Assembly: GCA_021811365.1 (NCBI GenBank)
Contig: JAJZPB010000002.1
Location: forward strand, 8,162-72,161
DNA length: 64,000 nt
Origin: a bacterium
GTDB lineage: Bacteria > Patescibacteriota > Minisyncoccia > Phycocordibacterales > Phycocordibacteraceae
Direction of reading: 5' to 3'
The translations under genes and the position numbers were made by a program. Each line of letters starts with the position of its first letter. The first letter of the stretch is position 1. A model generated the notes under the pieces. That model was not told the origin of the DNA and made no database searches. It worked only from the letters and a program-made list of their open reading frames with translations. Below are positions 49,861 through 59,632 of the stretch, in pieces.

Positions 49861-50532
49861 ATGAGCTTCAATAATCCCTTCAAATCTGGCCCGGAGAAAA
49901 AACCAGCTGCGACGGTTGAAGTCGAGCTGGAATATTCCGCTTTCGTTCCACCCGTTTTCCAGGCCGACCCTGTCGGATACTTTGAACGCGAAGGGCAGAA
50001 TATTAAGACTGGAAAAATAAAAACTGACGAAGCTGGCAGGGTTCGCGAAGATACGACGGCAGTAAAGGATTTACCGATTTGGAGAGACGACCATGGCGTA
50101 GAACTTCAGACAGTCGGGCGGCGCGTGGATATTACCAAAGGTGCAGTGGGAGAATCTGGAGATCCTTTTTATGAGTATAAAATCCTTCAACGACTTCATG
50201 GAATGGGATTGCCCGCTGCGCGCCCGATAGCTAAGGCAGAACAAGGAGGCGTGCATATTATCGTCATGGAGCGTATTCCCGGCGTCCGATGGTCAGAGAA
50301 AGAAAGCCTCCAGTTGCGCGAACGTGGGTATTCGAACGAAGACATCACCGAACTCCAAACACAGGCTGAGCAAAAGATGGATCAATTGCGTCAGCAGTTT
50401 GGAGCTGCCGGTGTAGTGCGAGGATGGAAATTGAAGGATATGGTATTTCAGATTGATATTGAAAGTAAGAAGGTTCTTGCTGTTGTACCGACAGACTGGG
50501 AGCGAACTCGAATTGAAGAAAAGGCCGCCTGA
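49861..50532 (+). CDS. hypothetical protein, possible atypical kinase-like fold (RIO/Kdo/APH-like)
   Basis: EYKILQRLHGMGLPAARPIA, IVMERIPG, PTDWE. Confidence 0.55.
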   Translation: MSFNNPFKSGPEKKPAATVEVELEYSAFVPPVFQADPVGYFEREGQNIKTGKIKTDEAGRVREDTTAVKDLPIWRDDHGVELQTVGRRVDITKGAVGESGDPFYEYKILQRLHGMGLPAARPIAKAEQGGVHIIVMERIPGVRWSEKESLQLRERGYSNEDITELQTQAEQKMDQLRQQFGAAGVVRGWKLKDMVFQIDIESKKVLAVVPTDWERTRIEEKAA

Positions 50533-50592
50533 CCCGGAACCTTTGCTGCGACGCGAGGGAATCGGCTAGAACACCCTTATGGCGTGATACTA

Positions 50593-50693
50593 AAAGTCTG
50601 AATCTCGGGTAGCCCGCCAAACATTTTTGTCGGACAAACCTGAGAGCCTTGTTTTATGGCGTTATTATGCAACATGTTTTCAAAAGGCTAGAT
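50593..50693 (+). repeat. junction 6: core plus degenerate left-end type A
   Basis: aaagtctgaatctcgggtagcccgccaaacatttttgtcggacaaacctgagagccttgttttatggcgttattatgcaacatgttttcaaaaggctagat. Confidence 0.8.
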
Positions 50694-50776
50694 GAGAGCA
50701 GAGCGATTAGGACTCCCCTACTAAAGCACCCCTCGCGTTAATGTGTGCCTTTCGGATGGTTTTGAGGTGTGAAAAA

Positions 50777-50803
50777 GATCGCCAAGCTTGTGGCTTGGCG
50801 ATC
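50777..50803 (-). terminator. terminator of 50835..51386
   Basis: gatcgccaagc-ttgtg-gcttggcgatc with an A-run on its + strand 5' side. Confidence 0.7.
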
Positions 50804-50834
50804 ATCGGTGACTTGCGGCAACGTTAGTGCTGGT

Positions 50835-51386
50835 TCACTTCTTCGAATCTTCCCCTTCACACAATCTCGACATGTCTTGCGCTAATGCGCCACTCGCAAT
50901 TCTGCCATGACGACCTAAGTAATCGCCAAAACGGTAGAGTGCACTGGCCGCTGTGTGTCGCGCAATAACGCGCAATGCTTGTTGCTGCCCCGGACGCAGA
51001 TCGCAGTATCGTCGGCGTACTTCGCAACTTAGCTGAACAGTTGCCTTGCTGACTTTGTGCGCCGGTGTCATTTCCAGTGGCAGTGACGTGCTGGTGAGCC
51101 AACTCGTCATAACACCAATGAGAGGACTTAGAAAAGCTACGAGAAAGTATATGCCGCTAAGAATGAGCTTATAGGTGAAGACGTTCGTGTCGTCGAGATT
51201 TGTGTTGGTGAGCACGAGTGCATCCACCAGCTCGTAAATCCCGAGCCCGAACCAGACGAGTGCCCAAGTAAAGGCAACTGCAAAGGCGCGACGAACTCGT
51301 ATGAGTCCGAAAAACGCACCTAAGACAAGCACTATGACCGGAACGGTCACTAATATATCGAACATGACGACCTCCCCTTTGTTCAC
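50835..51386 (-). CDS. hypothetical membrane protein (three TM segments)
   Basis: Hydrophobic N-terminal half; has its own terminator. Confidence 0.6.
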   Translation of the reverse strand: MNKGEVVMFDILVTVPVIVLVLGAFFGLIRVRRAFAVAFTWALVWFGLGIYELVDALVLTNTNLDDTNVFTYKLILSGIYFLVAFLSPLIGVMTSWLTSTSLPLEMTPAHKVSKATVQLSCEVRRRYCDLRPGQQQALRVIARHTAASALYRFGDYLGRHGRIASGALAQDMSRLCEGEDSKK

Positions 51387-51498
51387 TCTAGATGAGAGAG
51401 TGTCACGGAGTTAAGCATAAGTCAATAGGACTATTGACGCCACATACAACTTATGATACGGTTTCTATGGTTCTTCGCTCGTCAGGAAGGGGAAACAC

Positions 51499-51735
51499 AT
51501 GCCTGGTTCGCACTTTGTTCGTGCCGTTCATAGGGTCCGCTACCCGGTCGCGGCTGTATGCGGCTTGCTTGCGCTCGTGTTCGCGAGTGCAATACTGCAA
51601 GTTGCGGGGTGGATACCGCGTATTACTGTGCGGACAGATTTCATTCCGGGGCCGGGGTACGACCTCGGCATGACTCTGGCTACCCTGTTCTTCATCTTTT
51701 TGGCTTGGTTCGTCTTCAGGGTTCCGAAACACTAA
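51499..51735 (+). CDS. small hypothetical protein with two TM segments
   Basis: Two hydrophobic helices; purine-rich sequence upstream. Confidence 0.45.
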   Translation: MPGSHFVRAVHRVRYPVAAVCGLLALVFASAILQVAGWIPRITVRTDFIPGPGYDLGMTLATLFFIFLAWFVFRVPKH

Positions 51736-51865
51736 TGGCCGATTGTCCGGTGGAAGCATACTTCCACCGGACAATTTCTATTTCCATCACCGTGATGGAC
51801 CAGTCCCAGGGCAAAGATTTTCTGCATTAGGTAAGTATTCGATTTAGAATAATCTCTCGTTTGAC

Positions 51866-51955
51866 CTCGTCCCACAAGGCCCGCCACACACTTTTTTATA
51901 GGTGTCAACCCGAAGGCCCAAATCCCCTACCCTCGGACTTTTTTTGTGTAGACCC
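51866..51955 (+). repeat. junction 7: type E core plus left-end type C
   Basis: Matches 49621-49641 and 29482-29560. Confidence 0.88.
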
Positions 51956-52028
51956 AAAGGATTCAATTGCTTTTTGCAATCCTTAAAAAAAATAGATTCG
52001 ACGCACCTATAACTTACTTCCTTACACG

Positions 52029-52238
52029 TCAGCAAACAACTCCGCCGCCAATAATGATGCCTTCGCGCCCGGGAGCGTGGTTCACAACGAGCGGGTCGAC
52101 GACGCCGTGTTTCGTACTGCTCTCTACAATCGCCCTTTTGGTTGAGTCATCGACGACTCGCGGATTGTACGGCGCGTGCGTGAGTGAGTCAGTCGGAACG
52201 TATTCGATACGGAGTTTTGTTTGTGCGGTGGTGGCCAT
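52029..52238 (-). pseudogene. truncated 5' fragment of the ParB-methyltransferase
   Basis: MATTAQTKLRIEYVPTDSL...GREGIIIGG, then homology to 46220..47563 ends abruptly. Confidence 0.88.
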
Positions 52239-52316
52239 GGTGAGCGTAAATAGCAAGGTGTGATAATGGAATGTCCTCTCTTTATGGGAGTGGTGAATTT
52301 GCAAAATTAGAACCAT

Positions 52317-52345
52317 TTGACACCGTCCGTGTTGTAATTTACAAT
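52317..52345 (+). promoter_or_regulatory. sigma70-type promoter
   Basis: TTGACA-17 nt-TACAAT; paralog TTGACA-17 nt-TACTGT at 47647. Confidence 0.7.
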
Positions 52346-52442
52346 ACATACAGCTTCTCGCACGACACGCTTCCCAAAGGGGCTGAAACAAGCCATATTC
52401 TGGCAGCGTATACATAAACGGAGACCAAAACGTTCCTTTTCC

Positions 52443-52631
52443 ATGGAGGCAGCATTGCCCAACACAGCGCCCAATGTCGACCCGTTCATCGCTGAGATGT
52501 TCGCGGACCTCGAACTCACCCAAACAGAGATCCGGGCCTACACAACTCACCCGTCCCGGGAGGGGCAGAACCAAGCGCGGAAGCCTAGCCGTGACTATGA
52601 GACTCCTCCCCGTTCGGAGGCGGCATGCTGA
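52443..52631 (+). CDS. small conserved hypothetical protein (paralog of 47768..47950)
   Basis: MFADLELTQTEIR. Confidence 0.5.
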   Translation: MEAALPNTAPNVDPFIAEMFADLELTQTEIRAYTTHPSREGQNQARKPSRDYETPPRSEAAC

Positions 52632-52701
52632 CGAAATCAGCTTGTTCTTCCATCACCTGTGCCACCCCAAAGCGCTTAACGGCGTTGGGGGTGGCTTTTC
52701 T

Positions 52702-53088
52702 TTATTGCACCCAGCGCAGCGTCGGCTCCTTGGCGCCCTTTGGGAAGTCCTTCTGGAGGCGTGGCGTGAATTGAAGGAGTTCAACCTGCGTGGCGTTTTG
52801 CAACTTTGCTATTTCCGCGTCGGTCTCGACGGGCAGGTAGGTGCTGTACTGCGGGTCCTCGCCGTCGACCCAGTCGATCTCTTCGTAGAACTCAAAGAAG
52901 TAGCGCTGCCCGCACTCGCGACATCGGAGAAGGTACCGCCAGAGGTGGCTATCCTTGCTATATGTTTCGAGCAATTCGAACGGTCCTGAGATCGGTGCGT
53001 TCACGAGCTCCGGATACTTCCAGAGCACACACTGGGTGGGGGTGCGCAGTTGATTATATGCTGAGCACGTTTTCTTTTTGTTAGTCAT
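52702..53088 (-). CDS. hypothetical CxxC protein (paralog of 48019..48405)
   Basis: Near-identical protein of the same length. Confidence 0.75.
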   Translation of the reverse strand: MTNKKKTCSAYNQLRTPTQCVLWKYPELVNAPISGPFELLETYSKDSHLWRYLLRCRECGQRYFFEFYEEIDWVDGEDPQYSTYLPVETDAEIAKLQNATQVELLQFTPRLQKDFPKGAKEPTLRWVQ

Positions 53089-53103
53089 AGCGATGATGTA
53101 CAA

Positions 53104-53328
53104 TATCGGCTAATCTCCTCGCCGGTTCCGCAGACGACTTCAATGCAAAAAGCGGCTCGGAGTTTTGATCCAGCCCATTGGCTGAATGAAATCTCCCAAC
53201 CGCTTTGCGATCAGTCGTGCGTACCATCTGGCTCCCCGCAGATTTCCCAGTTCACCTACCCTTTCGGGAGGTACGCACGGTCCGCAGTAAGTGCGCGAAC
53301 TGCACGATTTCCTTTCAAGGAACATCGT
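53104..53328 (-). ncRNA. candidate structured RNA, copy 2
   Basis: Homologous to copy 1 with compensatory pairs; TGGTATACT upstream (53338-53330). Confidence 0.6.
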
Positions 53329-53467
53329 AAGTATACCAGAAAGGTGGTCGTAAACAGAGTATTGGATGTGTTGCATTCTCCACAAGCGGCGCCGGAGAGT
53401 AAACCCGAAGGGCTTTGCGTCGCTACCGAAGAAAGTCAAGAATAGTCCTGTACTGCCCTGACGATAT

Positions 53468-53501
53468 AGTTTGAATCCCGAGTTTGCCGTCCGAAGACTT
53501 T
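53468..53501 (+). repeat. junction 8: type D end core plus truncated type A start
   Basis: agtttgaatcccgagtttgccgtccgaagacttt. Confidence 0.8.
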
Positions 53502-53538
53502 CCTATCTTTGTAACCTGAGATCTAGAATCTACATGCA

Positions 53539-53792
53539 ATGAGTCACGTCAGTGAAATAAACCTGTCGTCTTTCCGCTCAAATACCGCAAAGCATTCCTG
53601 ACGCCACACAGCAGCAGAGCAATTCTGAAAAACGTCAAAGAAGTCGAAGAGCGATACGATATGGGGATATTGGAAAACAATCGAACGGTACGTCGCGAAC
53701 CAGGAAAGTTGGCGGACCCAGCTTAGCTCACGCTCTGGCATTGAGCCCAAGCATAGCGTCATACCCCGTCGCTTCGGCGGGGTTGTTGATTC
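53539..53792 (+). pseudogene. internally deleted IS200/IS605 TnpA remnant with a right-end hairpin
   Basis: VVFPLKYRKAFL...EVEERYDM joined to WKTIERYVANQ in another frame; ataccccgtcgcttcggcggggtt hairpin at 53761. Confidence 0.65.
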
Positions 53793-53811
53793 GGAAATAG
53801 CGATGAATAGC

Positions 53812-54489
53812 TCAGCGCTCTTCGAATCGATCGATTCTCCCATCACTAAGCCATATACTCCGATCTATGAACGGCCGCGCCTCATCGGGTTCATGAGTTA
53901 CGAGCAGGATGGTTTGACCCGTTTCGTTTCTGAGTTTAGCGAAAAGCTCTAAGACGACTTTTGCCGACAGATGGTCAAGATTCGCCGTTGGTTCATCGGC
54001 AAACAACACCTTTGGGTTATTAATGAGAGCACGCGCCACCGCAACCCGTTGCTGTTCACCGCCCGATAGTTCACTCGGGTAGTGATCAAGCCGCTCGCCA
54101 AGACCGACAGTGGTGAGAAGTTGCTTGGCATGCTGTTTATATGCAGCAGATTCAACACCTAATGCCATAGCCGGAAGGTACACATTCTGTAGTGCGGTAA
54201 ATTCAGCAATGAGGGCATACTCTTGGAAAACATACCCGAGGCGTTTAAGACGGAATTGAGACCTTTCAGCATCCGTTAGATTCAGTACGTCGATACCATC
54301 TATGGAGATCGAACCTCCTGAGGGTACATCGAGCAACCCAAGCTGATGCAGAAGTGTTGATTTCCCCGAACCACTCCTCCCTGAAATAATAATGAACTCT
54401 CCCTCAGTAACGGAAAAGGAAATATCTTTGAGCGCGGGGTTCGGTACCTTTCCAGGATACGTCTTACTGAGATGCGATACCGTAATCAT
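53812..54489 (-). CDS. ABC transporter ATP-binding protein (MacB/LolD type)
   Basis: GRSGSGKST, LSGGEQQRVAVARAL, FADEPT, VTH. Confidence 0.95.
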   Translation of the reverse strand: MITVSHLSKTYPGKVPNPALKDISFSVTEGEFIIISGRSGSGKSTLLHQLGLLDVPSGGSISIDGIDVLNLTDAERSQFRLKRLGYVFQEYALIAEFTALQNVYLPAMALGVESAAYKQHAKQLLTTVGLGERLDHYPSELSGGEQQRVAVARALINNPKVLFADEPTANLDHLSAKVVLELFAKLRNETGQTILLVTHEPDEARPFIDRSIWLSDGRIDRFEER

Positions 54490-54501
54490 GGTGTGTTGAG
54501 G

Positions 54502-55746
54502 TTAGCGGTCAATTGCCGTAAGAATGTTTTCCCGTGCTACCAGTTTACTTGGGAAATAGCCCGCCAACATGCTCGCAGCAACCAGCATTAAAGTACTAAT
54601 CGCGATTGTCACGGGCACATATACTGGGTACAACACGCCGATAGGAAGAACGATTGGATGCGCATCCATGAACGGGGTTACGACCCCGAAGGCAAGTCCT
54701 GCACCGATGATACTGCCTACCGTCATGTAGAAGAGCGACTGAAACACGTAGGATAGTACGATGATGGACTGCCGAAGGCCTATTGCTTTCAAAATACCGA
54801 TTTGTCGTCGCCTATTCACTGCGTTGATATAAATGAGCACAAATATAATGACCGCAGCAATCAGAATACTTATAGCGCTTACGATGTAGGAGATTAAATT
54901 AAACGCAGCAATAACCGGCGCCACCACGGCTAGCAGCTGCTTATAGGTCTGCACTTTTAGGTTCGGAAATAGCGCTCGGATCTTCGCGGCATACTGATCA
55001 ACTGACGCATACTGTAGATTCGTCTTAACGAGAATCTGCGAAGCCTCGTCATGCACCCCCAATTCCGACTCAGCCTCTCGTGACGTGATGATCGCGGAAT
55101 CACCAAGATTGCCGAGCAAGATGCTGTAAATGCCTTTTACGGTATACGTGCGAATGTCGCCATTACTGTAGGTAACACGCACCTTATCTCCTACCTTTAC
55201 TCCTCCGAGGTCTGCTGGTTGCGGGTATTTCCCGCCTCCGGCAACCCCCACGCCTAAGAGTATCTGGTCCGTATCCGAGGGGGAAAGGAATTGTCCAGCA
55301 ATAAGGTCTTTTTTGAAAGACAATACTGTATTTACATCACTTGGGTCGACGCCATACACTTCGCCCGAAGTGGTGACGTACTGTCCATCATGGTACTTAT
55401 CGAACGCAACTGACGAAGCTAGCAAGTACTCTCGCGTAGTTGCTTCGACACCTGGAATGGTCTGGATCTCTGCCCGTAACCGCGCTTGATCAGGAATGTA
55501 TGTCCGCACAGTCGGATACTGCTGCGGATTTATGACGACATCGGACGTACTGTTATCGACCAAGTTGGCATACACCGCTTGTGGGAATCCAGCAAGAATG
55601 CCCGCAGTAAAAGTCACGTTTAGAAACGAAAGTGCAAGAATACAGATCATAAGAAGCATCGAGGCTTTACTCCCTTGCACGATCGACTTTGTCGCTATAA
55701 AAAGTGCGGTGCGAACTGTTCTCATGCGTTTACTTTGGGACTGCAA
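54502..55746 (-). CDS. ABC transporter permease (MacB/FtsX type)
   Basis: One TM segment, large extracytoplasmic domain, RRRQIGILKAIG, three further TM segments. Confidence 0.9.
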   Translation of the reverse strand: MQSQSKRMRTVRTALFIATKSIVQGSKASMLLMICILALSFLNVTFTAGILAGFPQAVYANLVDNSTSDVVINPQQYPTVRTYIPDQARLRAEIQTIPGVEATTREYLLASSVAFDKYHDGQYVTTSGEVYGVDPSDVNTVLSFKKDLIAGQFLSPSDTDQILLGVGVAGGGKYPQPADLGGVKVGDKVRVTYSNGDIRTYTVKGIYSILLGNLGDSAIITSREAESELGVHDEASQILVKTNLQYASVDQYAAKIRALFPNLKVQTYKQLLAVVAPVIAAFNLISYIVSAISILIAAVIIFVLIYINAVNRRRQIGILKAIGLRQSIIVLSYVFQSLFYMTVGSIIGAGLAFGVVTPFMDAHPIVLPIGVLYPVYVPVTIAISTLMLVAASMLAGYFPSKLVARENILTAIDR

Positions 55747-57259
55747 GCGCTTCCCCTTGTGTCAGACCGGAGGTAATCTCAATCATGCCATCCTGTCCTA
55801 CGATGCCGGTAGTAACCACTTGGGGAATAAGTGCCCTGCCCTCAACACGCATCACGGTGGTCGTAGTTCCTGTTTGCGTGAGTGCGCTCGCCGGCACAAG
55901 AAGCGCATTTGTGCTTGATGCTGTGGTAATCCACACGTTTGCGGTCATACCGGAACGCAAATTTGGGTAACTTTTATCAAACAGAATCGTCGTTGTGTAG
56001 TAAACCGAACCATCAACTATGGTCTCTGCTGGGTCTATTTCGGTCACTTTCCCGTAAAAAGAATCTGTTGAAGGAAACGCATACAATCCGATACGCACCG
56101 AGTCACCGACCGCGACACCCACAATATCGTCTTCTGATACATTTGCTTTCACTTCAAGGGGGTCAAGAGGGATAAGCGAAATAATGGTACGGCCCGGTCC
56201 GACCACCTCTCCCACTGATCCGTGCGTGTCCGTAACAACGCCATTGAAGGGCGCCACTATCTCATCATTGCGAATTTGAGCTTCAATCGCCGACGCATTT
56301 GCCTGTGCTTCGCGCACCATCGCCTGAGTAGCGGCAATGTTGTTTGTTGTTGACGTTGCAGTAGTGAGTGCAAGCTGGGACTGCGTCTGATCGAGCGTTG
56401 CCTTTGCAAGCGCAATCGTGTTCATCAAGGCGCGAACCTCTGATATAGCTGCGTTGGTCTCACTGAGTCCCGTCGACGCGCCGAGACGATACGCTGCTGC
56501 CTGCGCACTTGAAAGATTGTTGCTGTCTGCCACAACGGTCACCGCATCATTCATAAATGAATGTACCGCATCCAAACGACTTAACGCCGACGAGAGCGCC
56601 GAGTCGAGCACGGCTGGTGTACTCGCGCTGTCTAACAAGGCCGTGCTGCGCGTCCAGGCTGCGAGAGCCTGCCCTGCCGACACCCGCTCACGCGGGAACG
56701 CCAGTGTAAGCGCCGCATTGCTTACCACAAACGTTAACTCCGGGTTAGCGGTGCTCGCGCTCGTAAAGAAATTAGCAAGCTGCGTTGTAACAGCGTCGTT
56801 TGCCTTTGAGTATGCATCTGCCAGCGTACTTGGCACCTCCGCATAGGCGTTTTGTAGCTGCTGCTTCGCAACGGAGACCTGCGCCTGAGACACCCCCACA
56901 CTCTGCGGCGTTGCTCCGCTAAGCAGCTGATTGAGATTCGCGGTCGCTGCGCTTACGCTTGCCTGCGCCTGGGCAAGTTCCGCCTCAAGCACACTTGCGC
57001 TCTGCTTTGCAAGTACTTGACCACTTACGACCGTCTCTCCCACATGCACATTCAGCGCCGCAAGTTTCCCGGGCGCTTCAAAAAATAAATTGCTCGTCGT
57101 AGGTGGCTGAAGGTTTCCAGTTGCTAGCACCTCTTGTGCGACTGCCCCGCGCTGCACGGTAATCTGCATATATGTAGGCCCTCTGGCATACCCATACGCA
57201 TACCACCCAGCACCTACTGCGATAGCGATAAGGATGAATACGGGAACAATTATCCTCAC
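55730..57259 (-). CDS. periplasmic adaptor/membrane fusion protein (MacA/HlyD type)
   Basis: GK...LNV.VGE.V..GQVLA, coiled coil, IVAPFNGVV, LRSGMTANV, EITSGL..GE; probable GTG start at 57259. Confidence 0.88.
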   Translation of the reverse strand: MRIIVPVFILIAIAVGAGWYAYGYARGPTYMQITVQRGAVAQEVLATGNLQPPTTSNLFFEAPGKLAALNVHVGETVVSGQVLAKQSASVLEAELAQAQASVSAATANLNQLLSGATPQSVGVSQAQVSVAKQQLQNAYAEVPSTLADAYSKANDAVTTQLANFFTSASTANPELTFVVSNAALTLAFPRERVSAGQALAAWTRSTALLDSASTPAVLDSALSSALSRLDAVHSFMNDAVTVVADSNNLSSAQAAAYRLGASTGLSETNAAISEVRALMNTIALAKATLDQTQSQLALTTATSTTNNIAATQAMVREAQANASAIEAQIRNDEIVAPFNGVVTDTHGSVGEVVGPGRTIISLIPLDPLEVKANVSEDDIVGVAVGDSVRIGLYAFPSTDSFYGKVTEIDPAETIVDGSVYYTTTILFDKSYPNLRSGMTANVWITTASSTNALLVPASALTQTGTTTTVMRVEGRALIPQVVTTGIVGQDGMIEITSGLTQGEALAVPK

Positions 57260-57306
57260 GATGATAACTATACACCCGGCCCACGAAGTAAATATCTTGT
57301 TCTCCC

Positions 57307-58407
57307 CTATCGAACATCGAGCATCCCCTGGGCCCAAATGACTACCTCATCGGGCGGACGCCTTGATGTACGGAACCGCGGTCCGGGACCTGTGCCGATT
57401 CGGAATACGAACGGGAGCGTCGCAGAATCGGTAGCGAACGCGTCTGCGAGTGACCGGTTTGCTTCAAGAATTCGGGCGCGCTCCGCGGGCGTAAATAGGC
57501 GCGCTTTATCAGGAGCCTGCAGAGACGCACCTAGGTACAGGATACCCGTCATGGGTTGCAGATTGAGACCGTTAAGCTGAGCGGTAAGCCAAAACCGCTC
57601 AACTGCGCGCCCCGCCTCAAAATAATCATGGGGAGTCGACCCCAGCATAAGGAGCGCGCCAAATGCGCCGGAACTCATGTACACACGCCTATTGCGCGCG
57701 GCTATTCCTTTTTGCATGCCAAATACATTTAGCAGACGCTGCAGACTCCAGTACCGAAGAAGCCGGAACGCTAGCTCTACGTGAGGCGGCGCAGCGAGGG
57801 TAGGGTAATAGAATCCTTTTCGTCGTAAGCGATCTTGCTGCTTAGTCCAGTTTATGGTTGAGAAAAATCCTTGGTGCACCGCATAGTTCCCGAAAATGAG
57901 TTCGTCGTAGACGCTCACTGCCTTTGCGATTTTGCGCATCAGTGCGCGATCATCGCACAAGCGCAGCGTTACGGTCGGCGTTTGGTCGAGGGAACTGCGC
58001 AGTGCTGCCCGCTGCGCAGTTGTGAGCGACGTACGCTTAAAGGGATTTCGATTCGTCGCGCGCGTCAATAAGCATCTCAAGAGAGGGTCAATGCTTTCCT
58101 GCGAATGTTTCGTTAACCGAAGTACGGCAACGCACCGCTCACCCTTCTCACGCGGGAAAGGTTCGAGCCTCGTCTCGTACCCTCTCGCACGCGCGGCAAT
58201 GCAAGCGCTTTCGCAAGCTGCCCCAAGTGAGACGTAGTCCGATGCGCTCGTAAATACCGAATCCGTCGTTTGCGGGCCCGGTTCGTAATACAGCTCCAGC
58301 GTCGCAAGGTCCCGCACAACCCACTGCCAGGGCTGATTATTGTCGCCCGAGGGGGCCTGTAGCGCAGCTGTGAGTATGTATTGTATATCGTCGACAGAGC
58401 GTTCCAT
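57307..58407 (-). CDS. nitroreductase-fold (Acg/Rv1355c C-terminal-like) oxidoreductase
   Basis: AALQAPSGDNNQPW, SLGAACE, RATNR, AGRAVERFWL.A...GL.LQP, FRIG. Confidence 0.82.
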   Translation of the reverse strand: MERSVDDIQYILTAALQAPSGDNNQPWQWVVRDLATLELYYEPGPQTTDSVFTSASDYVSLGAACESACIAARARGYETRLEPFPREKGERCVAVLRLTKHSQESIDPLLRCLLTRATNRNPFKRTSLTTAQRAALRSSLDQTPTVTLRLCDDRALMRKIAKAVSVYDELIFGNYAVHQGFFSTINWTKQQDRLRRKGFYYPTLAAPPHVELAFRLLRYWSLQRLLNVFGMQKGIAARNRRVYMSSGAFGALLMLGSTPHDYFEAGRAVERFWLTAQLNGLNLQPMTGILYLGASLQAPDKARLFTPAERARILEANRSLADAFATDSATLPFVFRIGTGPGPRFRTSRRPPDEVVIWAQGMLDVR

Positions 58408-58498
58408 ATAGCTACTCTAGTGGTGTGTAGGGTACCACGTCCCGGAACACAAAGTGTACAGAAGGAGAATCGTGGCGCGTATTCGGTATACTATCGTC

Positions 58499-59389
58499 AT
58501 GGACCAAACTCCGCCCCCTCTAACAAACGAAGCGTCTTACTATGCCGAAGCATTTTCCAGAAATATAGGGCTCCTCACAGAGGAAGAACAGCAGCGGCTT
58601 AAAAACTCTACCGTAGCAATAGCAGGTTTAGGCGGTGTGGGAGGCATTTTTACGCTTGGCTTCGCTCGGCTCGGCGTCGGCGGATACCACCTCGCCGACC
58701 CTGACGAATTTGAACGCGCAAACACTAACCGTCAAGCAGGAGCAATGACCTCAACCGAGGGAAAAGCGAAGGCAGCCGTTATGAAGTCAATGGTGCTCGA
58801 CATAAATCCCTACGCCCGAGTAAAGACGTTCTCGGGCAAAGAAGAGAACTTTGATGAGTTCCTTGGAGAGGCCGATGTCGTTGTCGACGCAATAGATTTT
58901 TTTTCTATCGACGCGAGACGGCGGCTTTACCCTGCGGCACGTGCCCAGAAAAAATTCGTCGTGTCTGCAGGTCCAATTGGTTTCGGATCGGCAATGCAGG
59001 TTTTTGACCCGTTTGGGATGAGCTTTGACGAATACTTCGACCTTCATGACAGAATGACCCAAGAAGAGATGCTGATTCGATTCGGCGTCGGCATTACCCC
59101 CACCCTGCTACAACGACCGTACTTTCATCCAGACAAAGTGGGGCTCAAGAACCACACGGCTCCGTCCCTCGTTACGGGTACATTTCTTGCAGCTAACCTT
59201 GTAACTTGCGAGGTGGTTAAATTGCTGCTGAAGCGTGGGAAAGTGAAATGCATACCGCACTCAAGCCACATCGACCCGTATGTGCGCAAATACAAAAAAG
59301 TACACCTTCGTCGAGGGAACCGTTCGCTTATTCAACGCTTGAAGATACGATACGTCGAGCGCTTAGTAGCAAGAGAAGTATCGCTGTGA
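58499..59389 (+). CDS. ThiF/E1-like adenylyltransferase
   Basis: FSRNIGLL..EEQQRL, IAGLGGVGG, ADPDEFE.AN.NRQ, G..KA, VVDAID; start at MDQTP. Confidence 0.9.
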   Translation: MDQTPPPLTNEASYYAEAFSRNIGLLTEEEQQRLKNSTVAIAGLGGVGGIFTLGFARLGVGGYHLADPDEFERANTNRQAGAMTSTEGKAKAAVMKSMVLDINPYARVKTFSGKEENFDEFLGEADVVVDAIDFFSIDARRRLYPAARAQKKFVVSAGPIGFGSAMQVFDPFGMSFDEYFDLHDRMTQEEMLIRFGVGITPTLLQRPYFHPDKVGLKNHTAPSLVTGTFLAANLVTCEVVKLLLKRGKVKCIPHSSHIDPYVRKYKKVHLRRGNRSLIQRLKIRYVERLVAREVSL

Positions 59390-59632
59390 CATAAAAATGC
59401 TGCGCGCTACTGTCGCGGAACCATACTGTGCGTTTCGTTCTCTCCGGAAATCTCGAGTCTCTCCGGCGGCAACGAAATCGCCGTAGCGGATTACCGCAAA
59501 AACGCAAGACAGAATTACCCAGTTCTCCTTTGTGCAACATTTGACGCACGGCGTACGATGCTCGCCTTTTTCCCGCGAAGCAATCCTTCTGATCGGCACC
59601 CATTAAAATCGGTGTATACTCGACGCAATTCC

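Noticed and set aside
53129-53475. Group I intron-like R (cgcagacgact) and S (gatatagttt) look-alikes
   Set aside because: No P or Q elements, no interrupted host gene and no P7 covariation; the S-like text is better explained as a tRNA T-arm remnant.
26517-53500. Classical integron
   Set aside because: No intact IntI tyrosine recombinase and no attC (RYYYAAC...GTTRRRY) structures; junction cores are tRNA-derived and genes lie in both orientations.
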